DNA from: Synechococcus sp.
GTDB lineage: Bacteria > Cyanobacteriota > Cyanobacteriia > PCC-6307 > Cyanobiaceae
Assembly: GCA_047285805.1 (NCBI GenBank)
Contig: JBJBCN010000002.1
Location: 128,001 to 192,000, forward strand
Length of the DNA: 64,000 nucleotides
Direction: 5' to 3'
Shown here: one piece after another, positions 48,767-60,034 of the stretch
Position numbering within the stretch: position 1 is the first letter of the stretch
How the letters are laid out: each line of letters starts with the position of its first letter
The notes under the pieces: generated by a model
What the model saw: the letters and a program-made list of their open reading frames with translations, nothing else
Databases searched by the model: none
What the model was told of the DNA's origin: nothing
Program-made: the position numbers and the translations under genes

Positions 48767-49996
48767 ATGATTGAGGTGATTGGTACTGACGCGGGAGCTC
48801 CGGCATCGCTGCCCCACGACAAGCAGCAGCTGATTCGCCAGGCGCCCCTGGTGGCGGCCCCCCGTCGCCTGCATGACGCCTTGCAGGGCTTGAGCAGCGC
48901 CCCTCTGATCGCCAGTGACCAGCCCGAAGTCCTGATCGATCAGCTCCAGGGGGCTGAGCAGGCGGTGGTCCTGGCCAGTGGTGACCCCCTCTGGTTTGGC
49001 ATTGGCCGGCTCCTGATCCAGGGACTTGGCGCTGAGCGTCTGCGCTTCCACCCTTCCCCCTGCTCCCTGCAGCTCGCCTTCTCCCGGCTGGCACGTCCTT
49101 GGCAGAACGCAAGCTGGATCAGCCTCCATGGTCGGGATCCCGAGATTTTGGCGGCTCGCCTGCAGCAGCGCCCAGAGGCCCTGGCGGTGCTGACCGACCC
49201 CAGCCGCGGCGGGGTGGCGGAAGTGCGGGAGCTGCTGCGGGCCTCCGGGCTGGAGCAGGCCTATGGCCTCTGGCTCTGTGAGCGGCTCGGACATCCCGAG
49301 GAGCGGGTGCAGCGGCTGGCTTCCTCGGCTGGGCTGCCCGCGGATCTGGATCCCTTGCACCTAGTGGTCCTGCTGGCTGAGCAGCCCGATCCCCAACCAC
49401 CGGAGTCCCTGCCGCTCTTGGGGTTGCCCGAAGGCGTCTACCTGCAGCATCCGGATCGCCCCGGGCTGATGACCAAACGTGAGGTCCGCATTCAGCTGCT
49501 GGCTGACCTCGACTTACCCGCCTCCGGGGTGCTCTGGGATCTGGGGGCCGGGGTTGGCTCCATTGGTCTGGAGGCCCTGCGCCTGCGGCCAGACCTTTCT
49601 CTCTGGGCTGTAGAGCAGCGAGGTGGCTCGGCCGTGTTGATCCGCGCGAACGCCGAGCGGCTCGGGGTGACGCCAGCGGGGGTGATTGAAGGCCGCGCCC
49701 CGGAGGCCTTGGCGGAATTGCCCGACCCCGATCGGGTCTTGATCGGCGGCGGCGGGCGGGATCGTGTGGCCCTGCTCGAGGCCGTGTTGGCGCGGCTGAA
49801 TCCTGGCGGACTGGTGGTCATTCCCCTGGCCACCGTGGAGGCCTTGGCGGACTTGCGTCCGGTTTTGGAGCGAGCCGGCCTGGTGGTCGGCATCGCTCAG
49901 CACCAGGCCTGGCGGGGCTCCGCCTTGGCGGACGGTACTCGGCTGGCGCCCCTTAATCCGGTGCTGATCCTGCGGGGACAGAAGAAAGCGGACTGA
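48767..49996 (+). CDS. cobL: Precorrin-6Y methyltransferase/decarboxylase CbiE-CbiT fusion
   Basis: LASGDPLWFGIG, SLHGR, MTKREVR, WDLGAGVGS. Confidence 0.9.
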   Translation: MIEVIGTDAGAPASLPHDKQQLIRQAPLVAAPRRLHDALQGLSSAPLIASDQPEVLIDQLQGAEQAVVLASGDPLWFGIGRLLIQGLGAERLRFHPSPCSLQLAFSRLARPWQNASWISLHGRDPEILAARLQQRPEALAVLTDPSRGGVAEVRELLRASGLEQAYGLWLCERLGHPEERVQRLASSAGLPADLDPLHLVVLLAEQPDPQPPESLPLLGLPEGVYLQHPDRPGLMTKREVRIQLLADLDLPASGVLWDLGAGVGSIGLEALRLRPDLSLWAVEQRGGSAVLIRANAERLGVTPAGVIEGRAPEALAELPDPDRVLIGGGGRDRVALLEAVLARLNPGGLVVIPLATVEALADLRPVLERAGLVVGIAQHQAWRGSALADGTRLAPLNPVLILRGQKKAD

Positions 49997-50390
49997 TCAC
50001 TGCGGGCATGCCGACGCGGATGCCCAGGCGTTGGGCTTCCCCGGCTCCGAGCTCCACGACCCCGTCGCCGGGTTCCTGGGGGCCGTAGCTCCGGCAGGGC
50101 AGGTGTGGGCAGGGCGTCGTATTGGCCTCAATGCCGATCACCCGGTTGCCATTGAGGAAGACCATGTCGAGGGGAGCCGGGGTCTTGTGCATCCAAAAGC
50201 GCAGCGGTTGCGGCTTGGGGAAGGGAAACCACATCCCGCGCAGCGGCGCTAAGGGCGGCCTGCCCTGTAGGCCCAAGCTCTGCTGCTGTTGGCTGCGGGC
50301 CACCTCTAGGGCAATGCAGGGCAGATCCCTAGTTATGCACCAATGGGCCTCAACGGGAAGCTGTTGCGGCGGAAGGGCAGGGGTTGGCAT
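49953..50390 (-). CDS. DUF192 family protein
   Basis: LEVARS..Q..GL, GMWF, FWMHKTPAPLDMVF, VVELGAG. Confidence 0.88.
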   Translation of the reverse strand: MPTPALPPQQLPVEAHWCITRDLPCIALEVARSQQQQSLGLQGRPPLAPLRGMWFPFPKPQPLRFWMHKTPAPLDMVFLNGNRVIGIEANTTPCPHLPCRSYGPQEPGDGVVELGAGEAQRLGIRVGMPAVISPLSSVPAGSAPD

Positions 50391-50394
50391 CGCG

Positions 50395-51063
50395 TTAGCC
50401 CAGCTGGGGTGGTCCGTCGCTGAGGCAGTAGCCCCGGCCGCGGACGGTGTGGATCAGGCGCTTGCCGCCTTCGGCCTCTAGTTTTTGCCGCAAGTAGCGG
50501 ATGTAGACCTCGATCACGTTGCTGGCGGCCCCTTGCTGATCGCGCCAGACCGTCGCCAGGATCCGCTCGCGGCTGACCACCTCCCGGGCGTGCTCCATCA
50601 GCAGCTCCAGAAGCGCATATTCCCGTGCAGTCAAGCCAATCGTTTCGCCCTGGCGGCGCACCTCATGGCGGCTCGGGACGATGGTCAGATCCCCCAGTTG
50701 CAAGAGATCCCGCGGCGGCCGCTTTTTGTCCTGCAGCTTCAGGTGCACCCGCAGCCGGGTCAGCAGGTCGCTGGCGCCGGCCGAGGACAGCCAGAAGTCG
50801 TCGCCCCCCTGGAGCAACATCTCGGAGCGGGCCGGAATGCTGTCCTCAACGATGTCCAGCAGCAAGGGGACAGGCCCCAGGCTTTGACGCAACTCCTGGA
50901 TCCGGCCTCCCCAATCGGCTGAGAGCACCACCAGTTCACAGCCGTCCTGGGCGGCCTGCTTCAGGCCGGGTTCGCCAAGTAGGGGGGAGTAGCCGGAGGC
51001 ACTTAGGCGCTCGGCGAGGTCTTCGGATGTCTCCCCCAGGAGCAGGACACAAAAGTCGTTCAT
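50395..51063 (-). CDS. OmpR-family response regulator with a degenerate receiver domain
   Basis: LTAREYALL, NVIEVYIRYLRQKL, IHTVRGRGY. Confidence 0.88.
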   Translation of the reverse strand: MNDFCVLLLGETSEDLAERLSASGYSPLLGEPGLKQAAQDGCELVVLSADWGGRIQELRQSLGPVPLLLDIVEDSIPARSEMLLQGGDDFWLSSAGASDLLTRLRVHLKLQDKKRPPRDLLQLGDLTIVPSRHEVRRQGETIGLTAREYALLELLMEHAREVVSRERILATVWRDQQGAASNVIEVYIRYLRQKLEAEGGKRLIHTVRGRGYCLSDGPPQLG

Positions 51064-51974
51064 CAAGTGCCGCTGCCGGGCTTGGCCACGTGGGGCAGGC
51101 CCCATCCGAGCTTGTTGCGCAGCACCTGGAAGAACTCGTGGTCCGCCAGTCGCACAAAGCGCACGGGGTGCTCGCTGCGGCGGATCAGGACCCGATCCTC
51201 CGGCCAGACGTAGCAACCGGCGCTGCCGTCCACGACCATCATCAGCCGCTCGGGGGTGGCCGGGAAGACCGTCACCGGCTCGTGATCACTGAAGACCAGG
51301 GCCCGCGAGGCCAGCGAGTGGGGGGCGATCGGGGTGAGCTGCAGCACCGGGCAGTCGGGGCTGATTACCGGTCCCCCTGCGCTCAGTGCATAGGCGGTGG
51401 AGCCGGTCGGGGTGGAAAGGATCACGCCATCGGCGGCGATGTCCACCGGGGCGTGGCGGCCCACGGCGATCTCGAAATGGCACATCGAGGTGATGGGCTC
51501 GCGGTGCAGCGCCATCTCGTTCAGGCAGAGCAGCTCCCAGCGGCGTTGGTCCCCGCGCATCACGGTCACCACCAACGTGGTCCGCTCCTCGACGGTCCAG
51601 TCGCCTGCGATCACCTGGTCGAGGGCTTCCTCGAGCTTGGGCAGGTAGGTCTCCGCTAGGAAGCCCAGGTGACCGGTGTTGATCGTCAGGATCGGCACGT
51701 CGATCGGTGCCGTCATCCGGGTGGCCGACAGCACGGTGCCATCGCCCCCAAGCACCATCGCCATGTCCATCCCCGCTTCGAAGTGGGGGGGAACGCAGGC
51801 GACGTGGCCTTTGCTGCGCAGGTGCTGCTCAGGGTTTGCGAAACCGACCATCCCGGCGGCACTGCTGGCGCGCAGCACGTCGAAACCCGCCTCCTTCAGG
51901 CGGGCCTCAATGGTGTCGGCAGTGGACAGGGCCAGGTCCTTGCCGTCGTTAATGATCAGTCCGACGCAGGGCAA
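51063..51974 (-). CDS. nadK: NAD(+) kinase
   Basis: [24 protein letters not shown]. Confidence 0.93.
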   Translation of the reverse strand: MPCVGLIINDGKDLALSTADTIEARLKEAGFDVLRASSAAGMVGFANPEQHLRSKGHVACVPPHFEAGMDMAMVLGGDGTVLSATRMTAPIDVPILTINTGHLGFLAETYLPKLEEALDQVIAGDWTVEERTTLVVTVMRGDQRRWELLCLNEMALHREPITSMCHFEIAVGRHAPVDIAADGVILSTPTGSTAYALSAGGPVISPDCPVLQLTPIAPHSLASRALVFSDHEPVTVFPATPERLMMVVDGSAGCYVWPEDRVLIRRSEHPVRFVRLADHEFFQVLRNKLGWGLPHVAKPGSGT

Positions 51975-52011
51975 AGAGCGGCTCAGATGGTCCCCCCAGA
52001 GTTTATGGGGA

Positions 52012-53019
52012 TCAGAACTGTTCGAGGAAACGCAGGTCGCTGGTGAAGAGGCGACGGATGTCATCTATGCCGTGGCGCACCATGCAGAAACGCTCCACCC
52101 CCAGGCCAGCGGCGAATCCGCTGTAGCGCTTGGGGTCGATGCCCATGCCCTGGAGCACCGCCGGATCGACCATGCCGCAGCCCATCACCTCGAGCCAGCG
52201 GCCGCGCCACTGCACGTCCACCTCCGCGGAGGGCTCGGTGAAGGGGAAGTAGCTGGCGCGGAAGCGCACCGGCAGATCACCAAAGAACTGCTGAAGGAAG
52301 GAGGTCACCGTGCCGCGCAGGTGGCTGAAGTCCAGGCCCTCATCGATGGCCAGTACCTCGACTTGGTGGAAGACCGGGGAATGGGTGGCGTCAACGGCAT
52401 CGCGGCGGTAGACGCGGCCCGGGGCAATGATCCGGATCGGTGGGGCGTTGTTCTCCAAGTGGCGAATCTGAACCGGTGAGGTGTGAGTGCGCAGCAGCTG
52501 GTGATCACCCACATAGAAGGTGTCCTGCATGTCCCGGGCGGGGTGGTGCTCGGGGATGTTCAGGGCGGTGAAGTTGTAGAAGTCGCTCTCGATCTCAGGC
52601 CCCTCTTCCACCTGATAACCCAGGCCCGAGAAAATATCGACGATCTCTTCCACCGTGCTGATCAGGGGGTGGCGGTGGCCCACCGGCGTGAAGCTGGCCG
52701 GCATGGTGACGTCCAGGGTCTCGCTGGCGATGCGCTCGGCCATGGCCGCGCTCTTGACCGCTTTGAGGCGATCGCTGAGCAGGGTATGCACCTGCTCTTT
52801 GAGGACGTTCGCCCGTTGTCCCACCAGCGGACGTTCATTGCCCGGCAGCTTGCCCATCGCGCCGAGCACCCCAGAGAGGCGACCTTTCTTGCCCAGCAGA
52901 CCAACGCGCAGGTCTTCGAGGGCGGTGGCATCAGCGGCGGCAGCGATCTTTTGGGCTGCCTCGGCCTCCAGCTGATCTAGTTGATCGGTGAGCTGCTGCA
53001 GGCTGACGGTGGAGCTCAA
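52012..53019 (-). CDS. pheS: Phenylalanine-tRNA ligase alpha subunit
   Basis: [30 protein letters not shown]. Confidence 0.97.
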   Translation of the reverse strand: MSSTVSLQQLTDQLDQLEAEAAQKIAAAADATALEDLRVGLLGKKGRLSGVLGAMGKLPGNERPLVGQRANVLKEQVHTLLSDRLKAVKSAAMAERIASETLDVTMPASFTPVGHRHPLISTVEEIVDIFSGLGYQVEEGPEIESDFYNFTALNIPEHHPARDMQDTFYVGDHQLLRTHTSPVQIRHLENNAPPIRIIAPGRVYRRDAVDATHSPVFHQVEVLAIDEGLDFSHLRGTVTSFLQQFFGDLPVRFRASYFPFTEPSAEVDVQWRGRWLEVMGCGMVDPAVLQGMGIDPKRYSGFAAGLGVERFCMVRHGIDDIRRLFTSDLRFLEQF

Positions 53020-53088
53020 GGATCGGCTTCAACGACCGCCGACTTTAAGTAGACGCCTGCTTAGCCTCGGGCCAGGCGAGAGGACAGC

Positions 53089-53877
53089 GTGCGGATCCTG
53101 ATCAGTAATGACGATGGCGTCTTCGCTGATGGCATCCGTGCCTTAGCGGCCGAAGCCCTGCGCCGAGGCCACCAGGTCACAGTGGTTTGCCCCGACCAGG
53201 AGCGCTCCGCCACGGGCCATGGTCTGACCCTGCAATCCCCCTTACGGGCCGAGCGGGCCGATGAGCTCTTTGCCGATGGCGTCACCGCCTGGGCCTGCAG
53301 CGGCACCCCCAGCGACTGCGTCAAGTTGGCCCTCTTTGCCCTGCTGGAGGAGTGGCCCGACATGGTCCTCTCCGGCATTAACCATGGCCCCAATCTGGGG
53401 ACCGACACCCTCTATTCGGGCACGGTCAGTGCCGCGATGGAGGGCACGATCGAAGGCCTGCCCGCCCTGGCGGTGAGCTGCGCGGATTACAAGTGGCGCG
53501 AGTTCGAGGCCTCCGCCCGCATCGCCCTCGATGTGGTTGAGCAGAGCCGCCGCGAAGACTGGGATAAGGGGATGCTCCTGAACCTCAACGTCCCGGCCCT
53601 GCCCCTGGAGTCCATCGGGCAGCTGAGCTGGTGCCGCAAGGCGGTGCGCCGTTACACCGATCAATTCGTCAAGCGCACCGACCCTCGGGGCCGCACCTAC
53701 TTCTGGCTAGCCGGCGAGGTGGCCAATGACCTGGATGCCGAAGTGGCGGGGCCCAATTACTGGCCGATAGATGTGGCCCATGTGGCTGATGGCGGTGTCT
53801 CGCTGACACCCCTTCAGCCCGAGCTGTTCTGGCGCGGCGATCTCTCAGCCCTGGAGCAGCCTCACTTCGCGCGGTAG
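53089..53877 (+). CDS. surE: 5'/3'-nucleotidase SurE
   Basis: [31 protein letters not shown]. Confidence 0.96.
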   Translation: MRILISNDDGVFADGIRALAAEALRRGHQVTVVCPDQERSATGHGLTLQSPLRAERADELFADGVTAWACSGTPSDCVKLALFALLEEWPDMVLSGINHGPNLGTDTLYSGTVSAAMEGTIEGLPALAVSCADYKWREFEASARIALDVVEQSRREDWDKGMLLNLNVPALPLESIGQLSWCRKAVRRYTDQFVKRTDPRGRTYFWLAGEVANDLDAEVAGPNYWPIDVAHVADGGVSLTPLQPELFWRGDLSALEQPHFAR

Positions 53878-54437
53878 ATCCGCTGCAGGAACCAGAGCGA
53901 GAAGATCAGGCCGATGGTGTGGGCAAAGAGCACCTGGGTGTTGCTCAGCACCGAGAGCATCTCGATCGAGGTGATCGGGTAGCCCACCAAGCTGCGGGCG
54001 CTGGTGCCGCCCACCGGCGAGCCAAAGAAGCCCGGGGCCTGCAGTGAGGCTTGAACAAAGAGGCTGCCGGCGAGGGACTGGTAGCCCAGCGAGGCAAAGA
54101 CCATCCCCAGGACGTCCGCGAGTATTCCCCGTTTGATCAGCTTTCCGGCCTCGCTGCGGCTGGGCTTGGCGCTGCTTCCCAGCGCTCGGCCGAGGCGAAC
54201 GATCAGCCAGCCCTGCCAGAGGCTGTAGAGCAGCACTAAAAAAGAGAGGGTCGTTAGAGAGAGGCCAGGCCCGAGGCCCAGGGCTCGCTCGGAATTTCGC
54301 GCCAGGCTGCCGCCGATGTTGTTAAAGAGAAGGACCCCCACCACCACGATCCCCAGGGCGGTCTGGGTCCAGAAGCGAATCCAGGCCATGCGCCTCAGCC
54401 CTAGGGAGAGCAGCTGAAAGTCGAGGCGATCGGCCAT
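53862..54437 (-). CDS. DUF3611 family membrane protein
   Basis: MADRLDFQ...[15 protein letters not shown]. Confidence 0.8.
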   Translation of the reverse strand: MADRLDFQLLSLGLRRMAWIRFWTQTALGIVVVGVLLFNNIGGSLARNSERALGLGPGLSLTTLSFLVLLYSLWQGWLIVRLGRALGSSAKPSRSEAGKLIKRGILADVLGMVFASLGYQSLAGSLFVQASLQAPGFFGSPVGGTSARSLVGYPITSIEMLSVLSNTQVLFAHTIGLIFSLWFLQRIYRAK

Positions 54438-54553
54438 GGGACGTGGGGGGATGCCCAAACCTGCCATGGGAGAATGCATCTGGCGAGGCATTGAGCGCTT
54501 TTGGTTGTGATTGCAGCGCTCCAGATCGAGCCCATGTCCGCTGGCGCAGCCCT

Positions 54554-55492
54554 GTGATTCCGCTGCTCGAGCCAGGGCAAGCAAAGGGGCCCACGGCGGT
54601 GGCCCTCGGCAGCTTTGACGGTCTGCATCCAGGCCACCGCAGCGTGATTGCGGCCGTCACCGAACGCGCCTCCCAACAGGGGCTGGTGCCCACGGTGGTG
54701 AGTTTCTGGCCTCATCCGCGGGAGGTCCTCTTTGGCGAGCCTCGCCTGCGGCTGGACCTGCCTGCTGAGAAGTTGGCCCTGCTGGAGCCGCTGGGGATTG
54801 AGCAGTTGGTGCTGGTCCCCTTCACGCGGGCGCTGGCTTCGCTTTCGCCGGAAGCCTTTGTCCAGGAGGTGCTGCATGGGCAGCTCCAGGCAGGCTTCGT
54901 GGTGGTGGGCGAGAACTTCCGGTTTGGGGCGGGCCGCAGCGGCACGACAGAGACCCTGCGGCAACTGGGCTCTGAGCTGGGCATCGATGTTCAGATCCAA
55001 CCGTTGCTCTCGGAAGGGAGTGAGCAATTCAGCAGCAGTCGTATCCGCCGTGCCCTTGCGGGCGGGGACCTGCGGGAGGCGACCCGGCTCTTGGGCCGGC
55101 CCTATCGCTTTGGCGGCAGTGTTGTCAGCGGCCGTGGCTTGGGGCGTCAGCTAGGATGGCCCACAGCAAACTTGCAAGTAGACGGCCGCAAGTTTTTGCC
55201 GCTGGAAGGGGTCTATGCAGCATGGGCCTCGCTTGGGGACGAACGGCTCCCAGCGGTGATGAACCTGGGCCCTCAGCCCACGGTGGATCCCACGGCTCCC
55301 TCGGCCGTCGAAGTCCATCTGCTGGGTCGCAGCCTCGACCTCAACGGCAAGGAACTGTGGGTTGAGCCGGTGCAGTTACTGCGGACGCAGCAGCGCTTTG
55401 AGAACCTCGAGGCCCTGGTGCAACAGATCCAGCGGGACGCCGACCGTGCGGCGGCGCTCCTGGACTCAGCTGCCGGGGTAGGCGTTGGATAG
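54554..55492 (+). CDS. ribF: Bifunctional riboflavin kinase / FAD synthetase
   Basis: GSFDGLHPGH, GENFRFG, SSSRIR, GWPTAN, EVHL. Confidence 0.95.
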   Translation: MIPLLEPGQAKGPTAVALGSFDGLHPGHRSVIAAVTERASQQGLVPTVVSFWPHPREVLFGEPRLRLDLPAEKLALLEPLGIEQLVLVPFTRALASLSPEAFVQEVLHGQLQAGFVVVGENFRFGAGRSGTTETLRQLGSELGIDVQIQPLLSEGSEQFSSSRIRRALAGGDLREATRLLGRPYRFGGSVVSGRGLGRQLGWPTANLQVDGRKFLPLEGVYAAWASLGDERLPAVMNLGPQPTVDPTAPSAVEVHLLGRSLDLNGKELWVEPVQLLRTQQRFENLEALVQQIQRDADRAAALLDSAAGVGVG

Positions 55493-55588
55493 GCCCCAGC
55501 TGATGAAGGCGGCGATCGCCCCCAGCAGCAGAATCCCTGAGATCAGCACCACCATTGGGCTGTCGGATTCGCCCTGGGCCATCGCCAT
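55466..55588 (-). CDS. Small single-TM protein
   Basis: MAMAQGESDSPMVVLISGILLLGAIAAFISWGLSNAYPGS. Confidence 0.65.
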   Translation of the reverse strand: MAMAQGESDSPMVVLISGILLLGAIAAFISWGLSNAYPGS

Positions 55589-55642
55589 TCCTGTTGGATT
55601 GCGCCTCAAACCTAGGCAGAGACTCCTGCTCCTGCAGACGCC

Positions 55643-56710
55643 ATGACCACACCTGAACAGCCGGATACGGTCTTGCGGTTGCTGGACGCCAACCTCGACC
55701 GCGCCCGCGAGGGGTTGCGGGTGATCGAGGACTGGTGCCGCTTTGGCCTGGGTCGGGCCGATCTGGTGGCCCGTAGCAAGGACATGCGCCAGCGCTTGGG
55801 GCGTCTGCATGATGAGCGCTACAAGCGCGCCCGCGACGCCGCCGGTGATGTGGCGAGCGGCATGGCCCATCCGGCCCAGCGGGAGCGTGAACAGCCGCAG
55901 GAGGTGGTGGCGGCGAACTGCGGCCGGGTTCAGGAGGCCCTGCGGGTCTTGGAAGAATTTGGGCGGGGGGTGGATGATCGCCTGGCTGAGCAGGCCGCGG
56001 CGGTTCGTTACGCCCTCTATGACCTGGAGGTGGATGTGATCCGAGCTAGTGCCGGCGGACAGGAGCGGCGCGAACGCCTGCGGGCGGCGCGCTTGTATCT
56101 CGTGACCAGTCCGTCGCCTCGGCTGGAGGCCGTGGTGGAGGCGGCGCTGGAGGGTGGCGTGCGTTTGGTGCAGTATCGCTCCAAGGACGGAAGCCTGGCG
56201 CCCGACGGCCAACCGATCACCGATGCCGTGCGCCTGTCGCAGGCCCAGGCGCTGCGCCAGCTCTGCAGCCGCTATGGCGCCCTCTTTCTGGTCAATGACC
56301 GCATTGACATCGCACTGGCGGTGGATGCCGACGGGGTGCATCTCGGCCAGGGGGATCTGCCGCCGGCCCTGGCCCGGCAACTACTCGGTCCGGAGAAGTT
56401 GATCGGCCGCAGCACCCACGCCCTGGCGCAGTTGGAGCAGGCGATGCGCGATGGCTGTGATTACGTCGGCGTTGGTCCGGTGAATGCCACCCCGACTAAG
56501 CCTGGCCGGGAGCCGGTTGGGCTCGATTACGTCCGCCAGGCCGCCGGGGCGAGCGCCATCCCCCTCTTTGCCATCGGGGGAATTGAGAAGGCGAACCTCC
56601 AGGCCGTGTTGGACGCCGGTGCTACCCAGGTGGCGGTGGTGCGGGCGATTACCGAGGCTGCGGATCCGGCCCAGGCCGCTCGAGAACTGCTGGAGATGCT
56701 GCAGGGATGA
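55643..56710 (+). CDS. thiE: Thiamine-phosphate synthase (cyanobacterial long form)
   Basis: DANLDRAREGLRV, VNDRID, GVHLGQGD, TPTK, AIGGI. Confidence 0.95.
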   Translation: MTTPEQPDTVLRLLDANLDRAREGLRVIEDWCRFGLGRADLVARSKDMRQRLGRLHDERYKRARDAAGDVASGMAHPAQREREQPQEVVAANCGRVQEALRVLEEFGRGVDDRLAEQAAAVRYALYDLEVDVIRASAGGQERRERLRAARLYLVTSPSPRLEAVVEAALEGGVRLVQYRSKDGSLAPDGQPITDAVRLSQAQALRQLCSRYGALFLVNDRIDIALAVDADGVHLGQGDLPPALARQLLGPEKLIGRSTHALAQLEQAMRDGCDYVGVGPVNATPTKPGREPVGLDYVRQAAGASAIPLFAIGGIEKANLQAVLDAGATQVAVVRAITEAADPAQAARELLEMLQG

Positions 56711-56913
56711 TTCAGGTCCGCGTCAATGGTGAAGCCACCAGCTGCCCGGAGGGTTTGAACCTGGTGGAGATGCTCGAGCACCTCGGCTACCGCCCACAGC
56801 TGGTAGTGGTGGAGTTCAACGGTGAGATCCTGCCGCGGGCCCGCTGGGCGGAGCAGGCGGTTCGGGAAGCCGATGGTCTGGAGGTGGTCACTATCGTTGG
56901 CGGGGGTTCTTAG
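56707..56913 (+). CDS. thiS: Sulfur carrier protein ThiS
   Basis: VNGE, VVEFNGEIL, EVVTIVGGGS. Confidence 0.92.
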   Translation: MIQVRVNGEATSCPEGLNLVEMLEHLGYRPQLVVVEFNGEILPRARWAEQAVREADGLEVVTIVGGGS

Positions 56914-56937
56914 ATTCCAGAGAAATAGAGCTATGCC

Positions 56938-57882
56938 GTGGCCGCTTCACGTCTCTCTTCGCTCGTGCGCCGGCTCCTCAGTGGCTTGATGGTTCCGGCC
57001 CTTGTGCTCACGCTCCTGCTGGCGCTGCCGCAGGCCAGCCAGGCCGCCAGTGGCGGTCGCATTGGTGGTGGCAGCTTCCGGTCCGCTCCGATGCCCCGCA
57101 GCTATGGCGGGGGTGGCTACCGAGGCGGCGGGTATCAGCGCGGCTATGGCGGCGGCTTCGGCTTTCCGTTTGTGGTGCCCTTCTTCTTTGGCGGCGGCGG
57201 CCTCTTTGGCTTCTTGATCCTGATGGCCGTGGTCGGTCTGCTGGTGAACGCGGTGCGCGGAGGTGGCGGCGCATCCCTGCCGGCGGGCATGCAGGGCGGT
57301 TCGATCGACCGCGCACCGAGCGATGGTCCGGTCTCGATTGCCCAACTCCAGGTCGGCCTTTTGGCTTCGGCACGGGAGTTGCAGGAGGACCTGCGCGAAC
57401 TCGCCGACCAGGCCGACACCAGCAATAGCAGCGGTCTGCAGCGCGTCCTGCAGGACAGCACTCTCGCCCTGCTGCGCCAGCCCGATCTTTGGGTCTATGC
57501 CAATGCTGAGGTGGGGCAGGTTCCCTTTCAGGCGGCGGAATCCACCTTCAATCGCCTCTCGATGACCGAGCGCAGCAAGCTGCGCAGCGAGGTCACCAGC
57601 AACGTTTCGGGAACGGTCAGCACCAACACCGGCGGTAAGGCTGGTGATGCCGATGCCGTCAGCGATTACATCGCGGTTACTCTCCTGGTGGCGAGCCGCA
57701 CGCGTCTGAACCTCAAGCCGTTGAACGGCTCGGAGGAGTTGAGTGAGACCCTGCGCATCCTCGGCTCTGTCCCCTCCAGCCAGCTCTTGGCCCTCGAGGT
57801 GATATGGCAGCCGGATGGCGCGGGTGATGTGTTGAGCGCCGATGAGCTGATCACGGCCTACCCGCAGCTCAAACACCTCTGA
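56938..57882 (+). CDS. DUF1517 family protein
   Basis: ASGGRIGGGSF, LQVGLLA, ERSK, EVIWQP. Confidence 0.88.
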   Translation: MAASRLSSLVRRLLSGLMVPALVLTLLLALPQASQAASGGRIGGGSFRSAPMPRSYGGGGYRGGGYQRGYGGGFGFPFVVPFFFGGGGLFGFLILMAVVGLLVNAVRGGGGASLPAGMQGGSIDRAPSDGPVSIAQLQVGLLASARELQEDLRELADQADTSNSSGLQRVLQDSTLALLRQPDLWVYANAEVGQVPFQAAESTFNRLSMTERSKLRSEVTSNVSGTVSTNTGGKAGDADAVSDYIAVTLLVASRTRLNLKPLNGSEELSETLRILGSVPSSQLLALEVIWQPDGAGDVLSADELITAYPQLKHL

Positions 57883-58005
57883 ATTTTTTCTTCAGATTTC
57901 CTCAAGATTTGGTGAATTAAAGAAACTCTTCGGCTCCTGATCGCCTCAACCTGTTGTTGATCAGGGGGGTTAATCCGTAACGTCGGAGAACTTATTTTTT
58001 CATCT

Positions 58006-58170
58006 GTGTCCAGCCCACGCCACAACGCCGACACCTCCGCCATGAAGTGGCAGGCCAACGGTGAACTGACGGGCGTGGACTTGCAGTCGCTGCTCAGTCG
58101 CCTGAGCAAGGTGGAGACCGAGGAGTGTGTCCGCGAGCTTGAGTGGTTGAGCCGTCACGAAGCGGTTTGA
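58006..58170 (+). CDS. Small hypothetical protein
   Basis: Manual translation ...MKWQANGELTGVDLQSLLSRLSKVE...; below the ORF-track cutoff. Confidence 0.55.
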   Translation: MSSPRHNADTSAMKWQANGELTGVDLQSLLSRLSKVETEECVRELEWLSRHEAV

Positions 58171-58285
58171 CACGTATCGGGGCCGCCTAGCAGAGCCAAT
58201 TCTGAAGGTCACCCGCAGATGCGTCTCGCATCCGTTGCACCCCACAGGGGTGCTCAGCACACTGCGGAGCACCGGCGCGGTGTGC

Positions 58286-58444
58286 ATGGCTCGGCGATCG
58301 ATGCAGTGGGTGAACACTCCCGTGTTGATGGAGGCCTTGCACCGCTATGAACAGGGACGTCTACCCCGCTCGATGAGTCTCTGGGTGGAAGCCGTGCTGG
58401 AGCTGGATCGCCCGCTTACCTCTCCGCTGCGGCCCCACTGCTGA
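58286..58444 (+). CDS. Small hypothetical protein
   Basis: WVNTPVLMEALHRYEQGRLPRSMSLWVE. Confidence 0.6.
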   Translation: MARRSMQWVNTPVLMEALHRYEQGRLPRSMSLWVEAVLELDRPLTSPLRPHC

Positions 58445-59096
58445 GCAGGATCCGCAGGGCGGCCATCGCGGCGCCGTAGCCGTTGTCGATGTTCACCACG
58501 CTTAGGCCTGGGGCACAGCTGGCCAGCATTCCGTGCAGGGCGGCCTTGCCCCCGGCACTGACGCCATAGCCGACGCTGACCGGGACGCCGATGACCGGCT
58601 GTGGCAGGAGGCCGGCCAGGACGGTGGGCAAGGCTCCCTCCATCCCCGCGCAGGCGATCAGCACCCGGGCCTGGCGCAGGCGATCGAGTTCCCCCAGCAA
58701 GCGGTGTAGGCCCGCTACGCCAACATCCAGCACGCGCTCACAGGTGATGCCGTGCCAGTGCAGGGCCAGTTGCGCTTCCGCGGCAACCGGCAAATCACTT
58801 GTGCCGCCAGTTACCACCACCACCTCCCCCAATTCCGGACGGACTGGGGCCGCTGCGCCAAGGCTCAGGCAGCGCGCCTCCGCGTGGAACTGAAGCAGCG
58901 GCTCATCCGCCATGAGCGCTGCGACGGCCTGGGCCTTGGCGGCATCCACCCGGGTGGCCAGGGCCAGTTCACCGAAGCGCTGCTGCCGCACCAGGATCGC
59001 CGCGATCTGCTCTGAGGTTTTGTGCTCTCCCCAAATCGCTTCGGCCATGCCGAGGCGTTGCCGCCGCTCGAGATCTAGGCGGGCCAGCTCGCTCAT
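58416..59096 (-). CDS. larB: LarB / CpmA (PurE-like) protein
   Basis: GTSDLPVAAEA, DVGVAGLHRL, AGMEGALP, VNIDNGYGA. Confidence 0.9.
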   Translation of the reverse strand: MSELARLDLERRQRLGMAEAIWGEHKTSEQIAAILVRQQRFGELALATRVDAAKAQAVAALMADEPLLQFHAEARCLSLGAAAPVRPELGEVVVVTGGTSDLPVAAEAQLALHWHGITCERVLDVGVAGLHRLLGELDRLRQARVLIACAGMEGALPTVLAGLLPQPVIGVPVSVGYGVSAGGKAALHGMLASCAPGLSVVNIDNGYGAAMAALRILLSSGAAAER

Positions 59097-59524
59097 GCCG
59101 CCGGGATTAGTTCCCCTTCAAAGACCAGGGGGAAGGGGTTGCCTTGACGCTGGCCGGTGGCTTCGCGCGCGAGTTCTTCAAAGCGTTCTTGCACCGCTTC
59201 CACGTCCGCCTCGGGGATCGCTTTCCATTGGTCGCGGCTGGCCCAGCGGATCAGCAGCGTGCCTTCTTCGCGCTCGCTGTCCCAGAGCAGTTCTCGGCTC
59301 AAGAACCCGTCTTGGCTCTGCAGCCAAGGTTCCCAACTGCCCTGTTCAGCCTGTAGCCAGGCCTGGCGACCATCCGCCGGCACCTTGATGCGCAGGTGCT
59401 CGACGACGACCACCTCGAGCTGGCCGCCGGGCTGCTCAGTGGCGGCGATCGCCACGTCAGGATGGCCGGCCAGCAGCATCGCCAGGCAGAGAACAATCTC
59501 GGCGACCTTAGCGAGCAGGCTCAT
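59093..59524 (-). CDS. TIGR03792-like (ABM-fold) protein
   Basis: [32 protein letters not shown]. Confidence 0.75.
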   Translation of the reverse strand: MSLLAKVAEIVLCLAMLLAGHPDVAIAATEQPGGQLEVVVVEHLRIKVPADGRQAWLQAEQGSWEPWLQSQDGFLSRELLWDSEREEGTLLIRWASRDQWKAIPEADVEAVQERFEELAREATGQRQGNPFPLVFEGELIPAA

Positions 59525-60006
59525 GCGTGTTGCAGAAGGGCGACGGCCTGGGAGGAGATGCCTTCTTCGTTGCCCTCGGCGCCGAGCTTTTCATTGGTGG
59601 TGGCCTTCACCCCCACCTGATCGGGCTCCAGGCCCATCCGGGAGGCTATCGAGCAACGCATCGCTTCGATGTGGGGTTTGAGCTTCGGCCGCTCGGCGAT
59701 CACAACGGAATCCACATTGACCACGCTCCAGCCCCGCTCGTTGACCAGGGCGACGACCTGCTCCAGCAGCACCAGGCTGTCGGCCCCTCTCCATTTGGGG
59801 TCGTCGGGGGGGAAGTACTTGCCGATGTCCCCAAGGGACAAAGCCCCGAGCAGGGCATCCATGATCGCGTGCACAAGCACGTCGGCATCGCTGTGGCCAT
59901 CGAGCCCCAGGCCGGCGGGGTGCTCCAACCGTTTGCCCCCCAGGATCAGCGGCCGACCCGGCACCAGCCGGTGAATGTCGTATCCGTTGCCGATCCGAAG
60001 CTGCAT
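59521..60006 (-). CDS. ispF: 2-C-methyl-D-erythritol 2,4-cyclodiphosphate synthase
   Basis: [25 protein letters not shown]. Confidence 0.96.
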   Translation of the reverse strand: MQLRIGNGYDIHRLVPGRPLILGGKRLEHPAGLGLDGHSDADVLVHAIMDALLGALSLGDIGKYFPPDDPKWRGADSLVLLEQVVALVNERGWSVVNVDSVVIAERPKLKPHIEAMRCSIASRMGLEPDQVGVKATTNEKLGAEGNEEGISSQAVALLQHA

Positions 60007-60034
60007 GGGTGCCGGTTGCACTTGGTTTTGGAAC